From positions 96,001 to 160,000 of the forward strand of contig CAVRQT010000002.1 of assembly GCA_963723515.1 (NCBI GenBank): a stretch of DNA of 64,000 nucleotides, read 5' to 3'. Below, in pieces: positions 11,601 to 21,877 of the stretch (positions within the stretch are counted from its first letter, which is position 1; every line of letters starts with the position of its first letter). The position numbers were made by a program, and so were the translations under genes. Origin of the DNA: Vulcanimicrobiota bacterium. GTDB taxonomy: Bacteria; Vulcanimicrobiota; Vulcanimicrobiia; Vulcanimicrobiales; Vulcanimicrobiaceae. Below the pieces are notes generated by a model. It was not told the origin of the DNA, did not search any database, and saw only the letters and a list, made by a program, of their open reading frames with translations.

Positions 11601-11978
11601 TCCATCGCAGAGGTCACCGCCGTAGAGAGCGACAGCATCTTCGAACCGCTGGGGATCAGCAGACAGACGATTAAACTGGTCAACATCGAGCGAGCACGCC
11701 GACCGTTCGTTCCAGCGTACATGCGAAGCCGCCGTGTGAAACCATTGGGCGCCTTTGGGCAGCCATTGCTTCAGGTAAGCTAAATGGCGGCGCAGATTCG
11801 CGCGAGCTTCTGAGTCGCTGTATTCGGGCCAGAGATCTGCCGCGATGTGATGACGCTCTGCGCCTGCATGCAAAAGTAAATAGGCCAGTAAGGGCAGTAC
11901 TTTTGGACGTGCGGCGCCTGCGATGAAGTTGTCGCCGTAGCGCACTGCCGGCCGCCCGAGCAAAGAAATTCGTAACAT
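8573..11978 (-). CDS. SARP/BTAD + AAA ATPase + TPR transcriptional regulator (AfsR-like); several frameshifts
   Basis: MLRISLLGRP, DPWREDAIRQLM (BTAD), VGEAGIGKTRL Walker A, VVIEDLH, FSHDLIRDALY, TPR-like C-terminus. Confidence 0.88.
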
Positions 11979-12653
11979 CTACGGATTGAAGAGCGAGGCT
12001 TGTTCCGCGGAGCCCGCGGCATTTGTGCGTTCGGCAAGCAGCGCGCCAAGTTTATCGCGCACGGCTTTCAAGTCGTTCCAAACGAGCCGCTTGACACCGG
12101 TGATTTCTGCGCCGCTTTGGCGCAGCACGTACGCCGGGTGAAAGGTGATCATAAGCGGGATACCGTTTGGTCCCGCAAACCACTGTCCGCGCTGTTTGGT
12201 GATGCCGAATGTGGGTCCTAAGAAGCAGCGCGCGGCGGGTGCCCCCATCGCGAGAATGACCTCCGGTTGGATGATGGCGATCTGCATGTCCAAGAACGGC
12301 CGGCAGTTCGACATTTCCACAGGGTCCGGCGGCCGATTTCGAACCGCATTCCCGTCGGTCAATGTCGGCCGGCACTTGACGGTGTTGCAAATGTAGACGT
12401 CTTCACGCGGCAAATCGATCGCGGCGAGCATTTGGTCGAGCAGCGCGCCGGCACGTCCGACGAACGGACGCCCAAGCCGGTCTTCCGTTTCACCCGGCCC
12501 TTCGCCGATCACCATCAGACGCGCGCACGGATCGCCTTCACCGTAAACGTTTTTCTGACGCGTATAGCCGATCGCGCATTTGCGACAAGCGGCCGCACGC
12601 GCGGCTTCCTTTTCCAAGAGCCGCTCGCGACGCGCCCGCTCTTCTAAGTTCAT
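11979..12653 (-). CDS. udg: Uracil-DNA glycosylase family 4
   Basis: CRKC, IGEGPG, GRPFVGRAG, NTVKCRP, TFHPAY. Confidence 0.92.
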   Translation of the reverse strand: MNLEERARRERLLEKEAARAAACRKCAIGYTRQKNVYGEGDPCARLMVIGEGPGETEDRLGRPFVGRAGALLDQMLAAIDLPREDVYICNTVKCRPTLTDGNAVRNRPPDPVEMSNCRPFLDMQIAIIQPEVILAMGAPAARCFLGPTFGITKQRGQWFAGPNGIPLMITFHPAYVLRQSGAEITGVKRLVWNDLKAVRDKLGALLAERTNAAGSAEQASLFNP

Positions 12654-13535
12654 CGCTTCGCTAAGCGGCGAACCGCCAAAGCTGTGCCCGCAAGAATCGC
12701 GCCATAGAGAAGATAACGCGCGACGAGCGCGGCGCTCAACGAATAGTACCAGAGCCGGCCGTGATGCTTGACCCAATACTTGCGGCGAGAGCGCTGCTTA
12801 TACGACTCGACACCGCGGCCCCCGGAACTTCCTTGCCCGCTATGCGTGGCCTCGGCGCTTGGAACGAACCACGCTTCGTATCCAGCTTCGTGAACGCGTT
12901 TTGCCAGATCAACCTCTTCATGGTACATGAAGAAACGCTGATCGAATCCGCCGAGCGCCTCGAAGACCGAACGCCGCAGCATGAGCGCTGCGCCGATCAA
13001 GAGATCAACCTGCCGTTCATCCGAGTAGTCCCACGCGCGGAGGGCCGCTCCGTTCGCGAACCGTCGCAGCGGCGGCAATTCGCCCCAGGCGCTGGAGCGC
13101 AAGAAGGCCCCGACCCATGTATCAAACTCGCCGCACGACTCCGCCACATTTCCGTCAGACTCGTAAATCTTTGGTCCCGCTAACGCACAACGCGGATGCG
13201 CTTCCATAAAACCCGACCAAATTGCGAAGCGCTCCGCTCTTGAGCGTCGCGTCCGGATTGAGCAGCAGAATGTATCGTGCATCCGTCTCCTGGACGGCAC
13301 GATTGACGCCTGCCGCGAATCCGAGGTTCCGAGCATTTTCAAGGATCCGAACTCGACCATTGTAGCGCGCGCGGACGCGGACGATGCTTTCGTCGGTCGA
13401 GCCGTTGTCCGAAACTGTTACTCTTGCAAAGTCAGGATCCGCCTTCACTTCCGGCAACGCAAACACCGAATCCAGCGCTGTTTCTAAATTATCAGCGTCG
13501 TTCCAGTTGACGACGATGACGTCGACGAGATTCAC
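12650..13535 (-). CDS. Glycosyltransferase family 2; frameshift near 13210
   Basis: VIVVNWN, VSDNGSTD, NLGFAAGVN, LLNPDA, GGFDQRFFMYHEEVDL. Confidence 0.9.
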
Positions 13536-14645
13536 CGCGCCGGCTCGGCTGCCGGCCGTCGCTGCAAATACGGCCAAATGAAAAGGTCGATCGCGCCGTC
13601 GAGGACGGCTTGCGTATTGCCGGTCTCGACGTTTGTGCGGTGATCTTTTACCAGAGTATAGGGATTGAGCACGTACGAGCGGATCTGCGAGCCCCACTCG
13701 GTCGCTTTGCGCTCGCCGCGCAGCTCCGTCAGGCGCTGATCGCGCGCTTCCATTTCGCGTTGCACGAGTTTGGCGCGCAAAATTTTCATCGCGACCTCGC
13801 GGTTTTGCATCTGCGACCGCTCTTGCTGTGAGGCCACGATGATGTTAGTTGGAATATGTGTGACGCGAACCGCGGACTCTGTTTTATTGACGTATTGGCC
13901 ACCCGCGCCACCGGCTTTAAACGTCTCGATGCGCAGATCTTCGGGACTGATCTGGATGTCGGTGGCCTCTCCGGCTTCGATTTCCGGAATCACATCCACA
14001 CCCGCAAACGACGTATGGCGGCGATGCGCCGCATCGAACGGTGAGATGCGCACCAAACGGTGAACGCCGCGCTCGCTTTCCAGAAGTCCGTGCGCGTTCC
14101 GTCCGCGGACGAAAAATGTCACCGATTTGAGGCCTGCTTCTTCGGCGAGCGATTCATCCGCAATTTGCGTCGCGAAACCTTTGCTTTCGGCCCAGCGCAA
14201 ATACATTCGCAGCAACATCTGCGTCCAATCCGCCGCATCAACGCCGCCGGCACCGGCATAGATCGTGACAATCGCGTTGTGGTCGTCGAATTCGCCGCTG
14301 AAACTCGCTTCGATCTCAAGGGCATCCAGCGCCCGTTCTGCCCGCGTGATACCGTCATCGATCTCGGCATCAGCACCTGGCTCGTTGCCGAGCAGTTCCA
14401 CCGTTTCGCGCGCTTCAGTAAGCGTTCGACCGATCGACGCAATGCGCTCGGTGTCCGCGCGCAGATCGGCGAGCTGCTTCATCACGCGTTGCGCAGCAGA
14501 AGGGTCGTTCCAAAAGGCTTCGTTGTGAGTCTGGGGCTCGAGTTCGCTCAGTGTGCGCGTCTTGCGCGCGTAGTCAAAGACGCTCCTTGAGCGCATCGAG
14601 GCGCTCGCAGAGGCGGGTGATTGTCGAAAGTTGCGCTTCACTCAT
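13532..14645 (-). CDS. prfB: Peptide chain release factor 2 with programmed +1 frameshift
   Basis: SPF and GGQ motifs; 23-codon leader ends AAGGAG-CGT-CTT-TGA-C. Confidence 0.97.
14573..14588 (-). promoter_or_regulatory. prfB autoregulatory frameshift site
   Basis: Internal SD AAGGAG 3 nt before CTT TGA C. Confidence 0.92.
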
Positions 14646-14734
14646 GGCGGCGCTCGTTTTTCTGCCGTGCCGAAGTCGACCCCTTGAGCAATCGCGCACC
14701 GCGCGTGAAAGAACGCAGACCGCAGGAGGTGCTC

Positions 14735-15652
14735 ATGGATCAGCTTTCCGTTCCGCTTGACCGCTTGCCGCAATTCGGCTTTCAGCCGACGGCGTATCCC
14801 GACGGCGATTCAGACGCAGTCAACAATTCATCATCGCCGCCGATCTGGAATGCCGACGGACTTTCGACATTGTCGATGCCGGCGCCCAACGGCAGCGACG
14901 CCGGCCCCTCGTCAGCCTTCGGTTCCTTTGGTTCAGCGTTGGGGTTCGGCAACATCGGGTCGATCGTTCAACAACTCGTCGGATTGTTGCAGCAGCTGCT
15001 GCAAGTGCTCACTGGCGGCGGAATCTCGCAATCTGGTGCGGTGAATTCCCCATCCACAGACCCGCAAGAATATTTCAATAGCGCCAACGGCGCATCGCAA
15101 GGCGATCCGCATCTCTCGTTCAGCGGGTTGGACGGCAGCAACCACTTGGAGACGTCCCGCTTCGATAGCATGACGGATCATCCGAATCTCTTGAATTCGA
15201 GTTCGTTCCCCGGCGGATACCAACTCTCAACGACGGTCGGAGCGCCTCGCTCCAACGGTGCGACGCTCAATCAGAGCGCAACGATTGCCACGAACTTCGG
15301 CCGCACGAACGTCTCGATGAACGGGGACGGCAGCGTATCGATCTCGCGCTGCGGAAAGCCGCTCTCGATTGCCGATGGGCAAACGCTGGACCTCGGACAC
15401 GGTGAAACGGCGACGAAAAACAGCGACGGGTCGTTAACGGTTGTCAACACGAACGCCCAGGGTGGCCGCATCGCCACCACGCTCAAGCCAAATTCCTCCG
15501 GCGGAGTCGACGTCTCAGCAGACGCCAACGGCGTTGATCTCGGCGGCGATCTCGTGACGGAAGCGCAGAACAATGGGAACTTCGGTCTACAAAATCTGAA
15601 CGGTTCTTACGAACCTCGGCCGCGCTTTTGGTTCGCGCCTACGATACAGTAG
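14735..15652 (+). CDS. Hypothetical Gly/Ser/Asn-rich protein with GDPH motif (harpin-like / MIIA-like)
   Basis: AGGAGG RBS; amphipathic IVQQLVGLLQQLLQVL; SQGDPHLSF; no signal peptide. Confidence 0.65.
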   Translation: MDQLSVPLDRLPQFGFQPTAYPDGDSDAVNNSSSPPIWNADGLSTLSMPAPNGSDAGPSSAFGSFGSALGFGNIGSIVQQLVGLLQQLLQVLTGGGISQSGAVNSPSTDPQEYFNSANGASQGDPHLSFSGLDGSNHLETSRFDSMTDHPNLLNSSSFPGGYQLSTTVGAPRSNGATLNQSATIATNFGRTNVSMNGDGSVSISRCGKPLSIADGQTLDLGHGETATKNSDGSLTVVNTNAQGGRIATTLKPNSSGGVDVSADANGVDLGGDLVTEAQNNGNFGLQNLNGSYEPRPRFWFAPTIQ

Positions 15653-15664
15653 CGGACGTCGAGG

Positions 15665-18293
15665 TTAAGCGGCCGCGCCGTGGCAGCGTTTGTACTTTTT
15701 GCCTGAGCCGCACGGACAAAGTTCATTGCGCCCGACTTTCGCGCTCGCGCGCACCGGCTTGCGCGGCTCACCATCTTCAGTATTTGTATGCATCACGCGC
15801 TGCGGTTTGCCCGGAACCGGCCCGAGCAGCTGCTCGGCGGCGGCCGGATCGAGGCGCGGCGGCGCTTCTGCCGGCTGCGCGGTCAATTGACCGGATGGAA
15901 TCGGCTCAAACATCGGTGACGGTGCTGCAGCCCCTTCGGGGGCGCCATGCTCGACGACAACGTGGAAGACACCCTTGACGGCTTCGTCGGCGATGTTGTT
16001 CTTGAGATCTTCAAAGATCTCGTAGGCCTCTTTTTCGTACTCGACGCGCGGATCTTTTTGCCCGTAACCGCGTAACCCGATACCGGTCTTGAGCGCATCC
16101 ATCACGTGCAGATGATCGACCCACATGCGATCGATGATCGGCAGCATCAAGTACCGTGACTCGACGACCCGCATGATCTCCGGCGTGATCTCGCTTTCTT
16201 TGGCTTCGTAGGCTTCAAAGGCCGCGTCGCGTAGGCGCTTGCGAACCTCTTCACGATCGAGTTTCTCGAGGGTAGCGACGTCGATCGCTTTCTTGACCGG
16301 AAAGATCAAATCGAGCTCGTTGAGGATTTCGGGCAGATCCCACTCGCTCGGATGCATGTTCTCGCCGGCATACTGATCGACGACTTCATTGACTTTCTCT
16401 TCGAGCGTCTGGAGCATGAACTCGCGCGTATCGAACTTTGCCTTCGAGGATCGCGCGGCGGTCGCCGTAGATCACCTCGCGCTGCTTGTTCATGACGTCG
16501 TCGTACTCGAGGACGTATTTGCGTGCTTCGTAGTTATGGTTCTCGACTTTGCGCTGGGCGCGTTCTAGAGATTTCGTGACGAGCGCCGCTTCGATCGGCG
16601 TCTCATCGCTGAAGCCGACGCGATCCATGATGTTGCTCATGCGCTCGCCGAAGAGCCGCATCAGCTCATCTTCAAAGGAAACGTAAAAGCGCGTGCTGCC
16701 CGGATCGCCCTGGCGGCCCGAACGGCCGCGTAACTGGTTATCGATGCGCCGCGACTCGTGGCGCTCCGTACCGATGATGTGCAGGCCGCCCATGCCCGGA
16801 ATGCCGTCGCCGAGCTTGATGTCGACGCCGCGGCCGGCCATGTTCGTCGCGATCGTCACGGTGCCGTATTGACCGGCGTCCTTGATGATCTGCGCCTCTT
16901 GCTCGTGATACTTGGCATTTAGCACGCTGCACTCGACGCCGCGCCGCCGCAATTTTGCGGCGAGATATTCGGATTTCTCGATCGAGCGTGTGCCGACCAG
17001 CACCGGGCGGCCTTTTTGATGCTCCGCGATGATCTCGTCGATGATCGCGTTAAACTTCGCCTCTTCGCTCTTGTAGACGATGTCGGAGTTATCGGTACGA
17101 ATCATCGGACGGTTCGTCGGAATCACGAGCACGTCGAGCCCATAGATGTCGCGGAACTCGCGCTCCTCCGTCTTTGCCGTCCCGGTCATGCCCGCGAGCT
17201 TGTCGTACAAGCGAAAATAATTTTGAAAGGTGATCGTCGCCAGCGTCTGATCTTCGCTGCGAACTTTGATGCCTTCTTTGGCTTCGATCGCTTGGTGGAT
17301 TCCGTCCGAGTAGCGACGTCCGTACATCAACCGGCCCGTGAACTCGTCGACGATGATGACCTCACCGTCTTTGACGATGTACTGCTGGTCCTTATGAAAG
17401 AGATTCCAGGCCTTGAGCGCCGCGTTCAGTTGATGCGTCAGCTCTAGATTGCGCTGATCGTAAAGATTTGTGACGCCCAGCATCGTCTCGACTTTGGCCA
17501 CGCCCGCCTCGGTGATGGGCACCGCGTGCGCCTTCTCATCAACGGTGTAGTCTTCGTCTTTTTTCAAGCGCGGAATGATCTGCGCGAACTTTTGATAGAG
17601 CTCAGTAGCTTCTTGGCCTTGTCCGCTGATGATCAGCGGCGTACGCGCCTCATCGATGAGGATCGAGTCCACTTCGTCGACGATCGCGTACGAAAGCCGG
17701 CGCTGCACCATGTCATCGAGCGACCACGCCATGTTGTCACGCAAGTAATCGAAGCCGACTTCGTTGTTTGTGACGTACGTGATATCGCAGTTGTAGGCCG
17801 TGCGCCGCTCGGCGCTGTCCATGCCATGTTGAATGATGCCGACCGTTAACCCCAAGAATTCGTAGACCGGTCCCATCCATTCGGCGTCGCGCTTTGCGAG
17901 ATAGTCGTTGACGGTGACGATATGCACGCCTTTGCCGAGCAGCGCATTGACGTAGGCGGCGAGCGTTGCCACGAGCGTCTTGCCCTCGCCGGTTTTCATT
18001 TCGGCGACCTTGCCCTCGTGCAAGACTAGCCCGCCGATCAACTGCACGTCGAAATGGCGCATGGCGATCGTACGCTTTGCTGCTTCACGGCAAACCGCAA
18101 ATGTTTCCGGCAGAATCTGGTCGATCGTCTCGCCGTCTTCGAGCCGGCGCCGAAATTCGGCGGTCTTGGCAAGCAGCGCCTCATCGGAGAGCGCTTGGAT
18201 CTGCGGCTCGAAAGCGTTTATCCGCTCAGCGGTGCGGCGATACCGCGCGATTTCGCGCTCGTTGCTGTCAAAGAGCGTCTTGAGCAGGGCCAT
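15665..18293 (-). CDS. secA: Preprotein translocase SecA; frameshift near 16430
   Basis: [44 protein letters not shown]-terminal [18 protein letters not shown]. Confidence 0.98.
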
Positions 18294-18344
18294 ACGGTGT
18301 TCTATAACGTTCGGCGGGCCGTGCAGTTGCACTCTCGGTGCTTC

Positions 18345-18509
18345 AGGGACCTCTGAAGAAACCTCCGTGCTCCAGCGTCGCAACGATTTTTGGTCAGTTC
18401 GAGGCGCGAGAACGGACGCAATGCAGCGCATTGTGGCCGCCGCAGCAACGACGAAATGGCCGAAAAGCGATGCGGCGATGGGGCGCGTGGGGCTTCTTCA
18501 GAGGTCCCT
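18345..18509. mobile_element. MITE-like element with 16-bp perfect terminal inverted repeats
   Basis: AGGGACCTCTGAAGAA ... TTCTTCAGAGGTCCCT; ends lie in TTCA/TTAA; internal imperfect palindrome. Confidence 0.65.
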
Positions 18510-19507
18510 TAAGGCGAGAAAGCGAGGCCGATTACATTGCCGGGCGGCGTGATGACGGCGGAGGGCGCAACATTGACGTTGCCTTTTAGGCCGCCGGGAA
18601 AGACGAGAATCTTGCCGTTCCCGTTACAGACGTAAACGTTATTGGCGCTATCGACCTTGACGTCGGTTGGACTAAAGAGTTGGGTCTGGCTGCCGCCGAT
18701 CGAGGTGATCGGCGGAACGTTACCGTTCTTGCTCGCGATGACGCTTGCCGCAAAGATCAAAATGCGTGACGTTGCGACGTCTGTGACGTAGACGTTGCCT
18801 GCTGGATCGAGGCTGAGTCCCGTCGGCGTGTTTAGCGTCGTCAGCGGTCCGCCGATCGTGATCATCGGCGCCACATTTCCCGGTGTGCCGTTTGTGAAGA
18901 CGCTGATCGTACCGGCGCCGGCATTGGCGGCGTAGACTCTGCCGCTCGTATCGACGGCAATCCCAACCGGGCCGTTGAGCCCGGTCAGCGTTCCTGAAAT
19001 CGTCCCAGGCGTGACGTTTCCCGACGAGTTCGCCGGAAAGATCAAGATCGAGCTTGTGGCGAGCGGCGCGTTGCTGACGTTGGCCAAGTAGATGTTGCTG
19101 ACCGTATCGAGCGCGATGCCGCGCGCCGAGCCGATGCCGGTCGAGGTGCCGCTGATCGCCGCGACGGGAAGCACGTTGCCCGTTGCTTGCGACGCATAGA
19201 CGGTGATCGAACCGATCGTCGTGCCTGCGTTGTAATTGCTGACATACAGCCGCTTGCCTGAGTCGAACGCATCATACTGTGGTCCGTTCAGTTGTGTGTT
19301 GCTGCCGCCGATTTCATTGATTGGCTGCGTCGAAGAACTTGGATTCGGCGGGTAGATCGAGATCGCGTTCTGCGTGCTATTGGTCACGTAGAGGGAGAGC
19401 GTATTGAAGTTCGGCCCGATGCTGATCGACGACGTGGAAGAGCTGCAGCTCACGAGCACAACACTTGCAAACAGGCCGAAGGACAAGGCGACAATACGAC
19501 GCGGCAT
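18509..19507 (-). CDS. NHL-repeat (beta-propeller) lipoprotein
   Basis: Lipobox VLVSC; repeats LNGPVGIAVD...VYAAN, LNTPTGLSLD...VYVTD. Confidence 0.85.
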   Translation of the reverse strand: MPRRIVALSFGLFASVVLVSCSSSTSSISIGPNFNTLSLYVTNSTQNAISIYPPNPSSSTQPINEIGGSNTQLNGPQYDAFDSGKRLYVSNYNAGTTIGSITVYASQATGNVLPVAAISGTSTGIGSARGIALDTVSNIYLANVSNAPLATSSILIFPANSSGNVTPGTISGTLTGLNGPVGIAVDTSGRVYAANAGAGTISVFTNGTPGNVAPMITIGGPLTTLNTPTGLSLDPAGNVYVTDVATSRILIFAASVIASKNGNVPPITSIGGSQTQLFSPTDVKVDSANNVYVCNGNGKILVFPGGLKGNVNVAPSAVITPPGNVIGLAFSP

Positions 19508-19588
19508 ATACTCTCCTACTCTCTGGGAAACGTTCGCCCGTCGTTTTTTCTCTTACGGGCGATTTCCTGGCCGCGTTCGCAAGTGTCC

Positions 19589-19732
19589 CTAAACCCTCAC
19601 GCCATGCATCGCGATTGCGTAAGCAAGCAACGCGAGCGCCATGACCACGACCGCGACAACAATGACTCGCCGCGCGACACGGCGGCGATACGCGGGGCGG
19701 CTAGACTCCGTATCGATGATCTGACGCGGCAT
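19589..19732 (-). CDS. Small single-pass membrane protein, 47 aa (below ORF track cutoff)
   Basis: MPRQIIDTESSRPAYRRRVARRVIVVAVVVMALALLAYAIAMHGVRV; starts 7 nt after the deacetylase stop on the same strand. Confidence 0.55.
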   Translation of the reverse strand: MPRQIIDTESSRPAYRRRVARRVIVVAVVVMALALLAYAIAMHGVRV

Positions 19733-19738
19733 CGAACG

Positions 19739-20557
19739 TTAGACCGCTCGCCGCAGCGGATGGTTGATCTCTTGAATCGATGCTTTCTGCATGAGTTGGC
19801 TCATAGTGACGAATTCGTACCCGCTCTTTCGAAAGCGTCCAATGATTTCCGGCAGCATGGCAACAGTTGCCAGATTACCGCTGTGCAGCAAAATGATTTC
19901 AGGCGCTGTCGCATGCGCCTCGATGTGATCGGCTAAGGCGCGCGGACCCAAGACACGCCAATCACCCGGATCATCGTTCCAAAGGATCGTGTAATAACCC
20001 AAGTGCTGCGCCGCGCGAAGGGTCGCTTCGGTATAGCGCCCATGCGGCGGCCGGAAAAGAATTCCGATTCCCGGGTCATTCGTAAACGACTCCAATGCGG
20101 CGCGGCCTTTGATCAACTCGCTGACCACAACAGCGGACGGCAATTGGTCGAGGTTCGGATGCGAGTATGTGTGGTTGCCGATCTGGTTTCCCAAGCGCTC
20201 GATGCGGCGTGTCAGCTCAGGGAAGTCGCTCGCATCGCGTCCGATCAGAAAAAACGTCGCCGGCACATGGAGATCGTGCAGTCTTGCGAGCAACAGCGGC
20301 GTCGTAACCGGATAAGGCCCATCATCGAAGGTCAAAGCGATCAGTCGTGGACGATGCGAACGGTCCCCGCCGGAGCGATCGTGCAATAGACGCGCGACAC
20401 GCGCATCGAACGAAGTTGAGATCGCCGCATGCACGTCCATCGCCGGAGTGACGATTGCCGGGGTCGGCGGTGCGCTCGAATGTAAAAAGAGCCGGTAGCC
20501 GACCGCTACAACGACGACCGCGATAACCGCCGCCGCCAGTAGGCGGGGGCGGTTCAC
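19739..20557 (-). CDS. Polysaccharide deacetylase (CE4/NodB family)
   Basis: ALTFDDGP, GNHTYSH, FRPPHG, IILLH. Confidence 0.92.
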   Translation of the reverse strand: MNRPRLLAAAVIAVVVVAVGYRLFLHSSAPPTPAIVTPAMDVHAAISTSFDARVARLLHDRSGGDRSHRPRLIALTFDDGPYPVTTPLLLARLHDLHVPATFFLIGRDASDFPELTRRIERLGNQIGNHTYSHPNLDQLPSAVVVSELIKGRAALESFTNDPGIGILFRPPHGRYTEATLRAAQHLGYYTILWNDDPGDWRVLGPRALADHIEAHATAPEIILLHSGNLATVAMLPEIIGRFRKSGYEFVTMSQLMQKASIQEINHPLRRAV

Positions 20558-21873
20558 TTCAGGGAAGCTTCAGGCGCAGATGCGGTGATGTCGCGTCCGA
20601 CGATGATCGTGACGTCGTTTTGCGGCGCGGTACTGGTGGGCTCGGTTACGATTGGAACGTTCGCAAATGAGCCGGGCAACGCGGAACGAACCTTCGCGCC
20701 CGCAAGCATCTGCGTCGTGTAGTCGTGGATTTCCGTGTTGTATGCGGCCGGCGCATTGCCGATCGCCTCGATGACGAAGCCCTTGTTTCGCAGGCCGTCG
20801 GCAATCTTGCGCGCCTGTCCCGCGATCCCGGTCGCATTCATCACCGCGACACGCACTGATGAAGGCAGCAGAGCAATCAGCTGTTTGCGCTGCATCGACG
20901 GCGGTGGAGAAGGCGGAAGCAAAAGTGCAGTGACAAGTTTCTTCTTTGCGTCTTCGTCCGGAATCAAGACATTGCCGGCGGTCAGCGTATCTTTGGTATC
21001 CACGTACGGGATTTGCGCCGTTTTCATCATCTTCGGATCGAGATTAAAGAACGCAGCAGCCAACGCCAACATCTCCGTGCTGTTCAAGTCGGTGTCGACG
21101 TTGCGCTGAAAGACTCCGATCAGCGTCCCGGCATGCGTTAGATCGTTGAACTTGTTGTTCTTCAGCTTGTTTACGATGATTCGCAGCACTTGCTGCTGAC
21201 GCGTGATGCGGCATGGGTCGCCGCATGAGTCGTGCCGGAAGCGCGCGTATGACACGGCTTGCTCGCCGTTCATGTGATGGATGCCGGGCTTGAAGTGGAT
21301 GTGCAAATGGCCCCAACTATCGTCGTAGTCCATCGGCTCTTTGACCGGCACATCGATGCCGCCGATCGCATCGACGATCGATTTCGTCGCGTTGATCCGC
21401 AAAACGACGTAGCGATCGAATCCCGGAACGCCGAGAAATTTTCCAATGACGCTCTCGGCTTCCGGAACGCCGCCTTCGGAGAGCGCCTCGTTAATCTTCG
21501 ATTCCGTGCCGTTGGGGAGAATCGTATCCATGTCGCGCGGGACGGAGAGTTCGTTGACGCGATGGTTGATGAGATCCAAGGCGTACACTTGGATTACGTC
21601 GCTGCGCGCTGCTTTCGACGTCTCGTAATCTTGCGGGCTGTAGTCGTAGTCTTTGCCCATCAGCAAGACCAGGATGCGATCTTTTCCGAAGAGCTGGCGC
21701 GGATCGGGCGCTACGGCCTGGGTGAGTGCGGTGAAGAAGTTTTCGTGCCGCGCGACGGCGAGGCCGTAGATCGCCGCACCGGCCGCAATGAGGGCGATCG
21801 AGACGGCGATGGTGATCACCCGCCATACTGAAGACTTGCGCCCCTGCTTTGCCGGCGCGAGATGCTTGCCCAA
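20554..21873 (-). CDS. LCP family protein with LytR C-terminal domain
   Basis: RSDVI, SVPRD, KINEA, YARFRH, RITRQQQV; VAVMNATGIAGQA. Confidence 0.9.
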   Translation of the reverse strand: MGKHLAPAKQGRKSSVWRVITIAVSIALIAAGAAIYGLAVARHENFFTALTQAVAPDPRQLFGKDRILVLLMGKDYDYSPQDYETSKAARSDVIQVYALDLINHRVNELSVPRDMDTILPNGTESKINEALSEGGVPEAESVIGKFLGVPGFDRYVVLRINATKSIVDAIGGIDVPVKEPMDYDDSWGHLHIHFKPGIHHMNGEQAVSYARFRHDSCGDPCRITRQQQVLRIIVNKLKNNKFNDLTHAGTLIGVFQRNVDTDLNSTEMLALAAAFFNLDPKMMKTAQIPYVDTKDTLTAGNVLIPDEDAKKKLVTALLLPPSPPPSMQRKQLIALLPSSVRVAVMNATGIAGQARKIADGLRNKGFVIEAIGNAPAAYNTEIHDYTTQMLAGAKVRSALPGSFANVPIVTEPTSTAPQNDVTIIVGRDITASAPEASLK

Positions 21874-21877
21874 CCTT

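Noticed and set aside
15665..18293. secA, glyQS or lpdA as pseudogenes or recoded genes
   Set aside because: Conserved or essential genes with intact motifs on both sides of the break and no slippery-site signature
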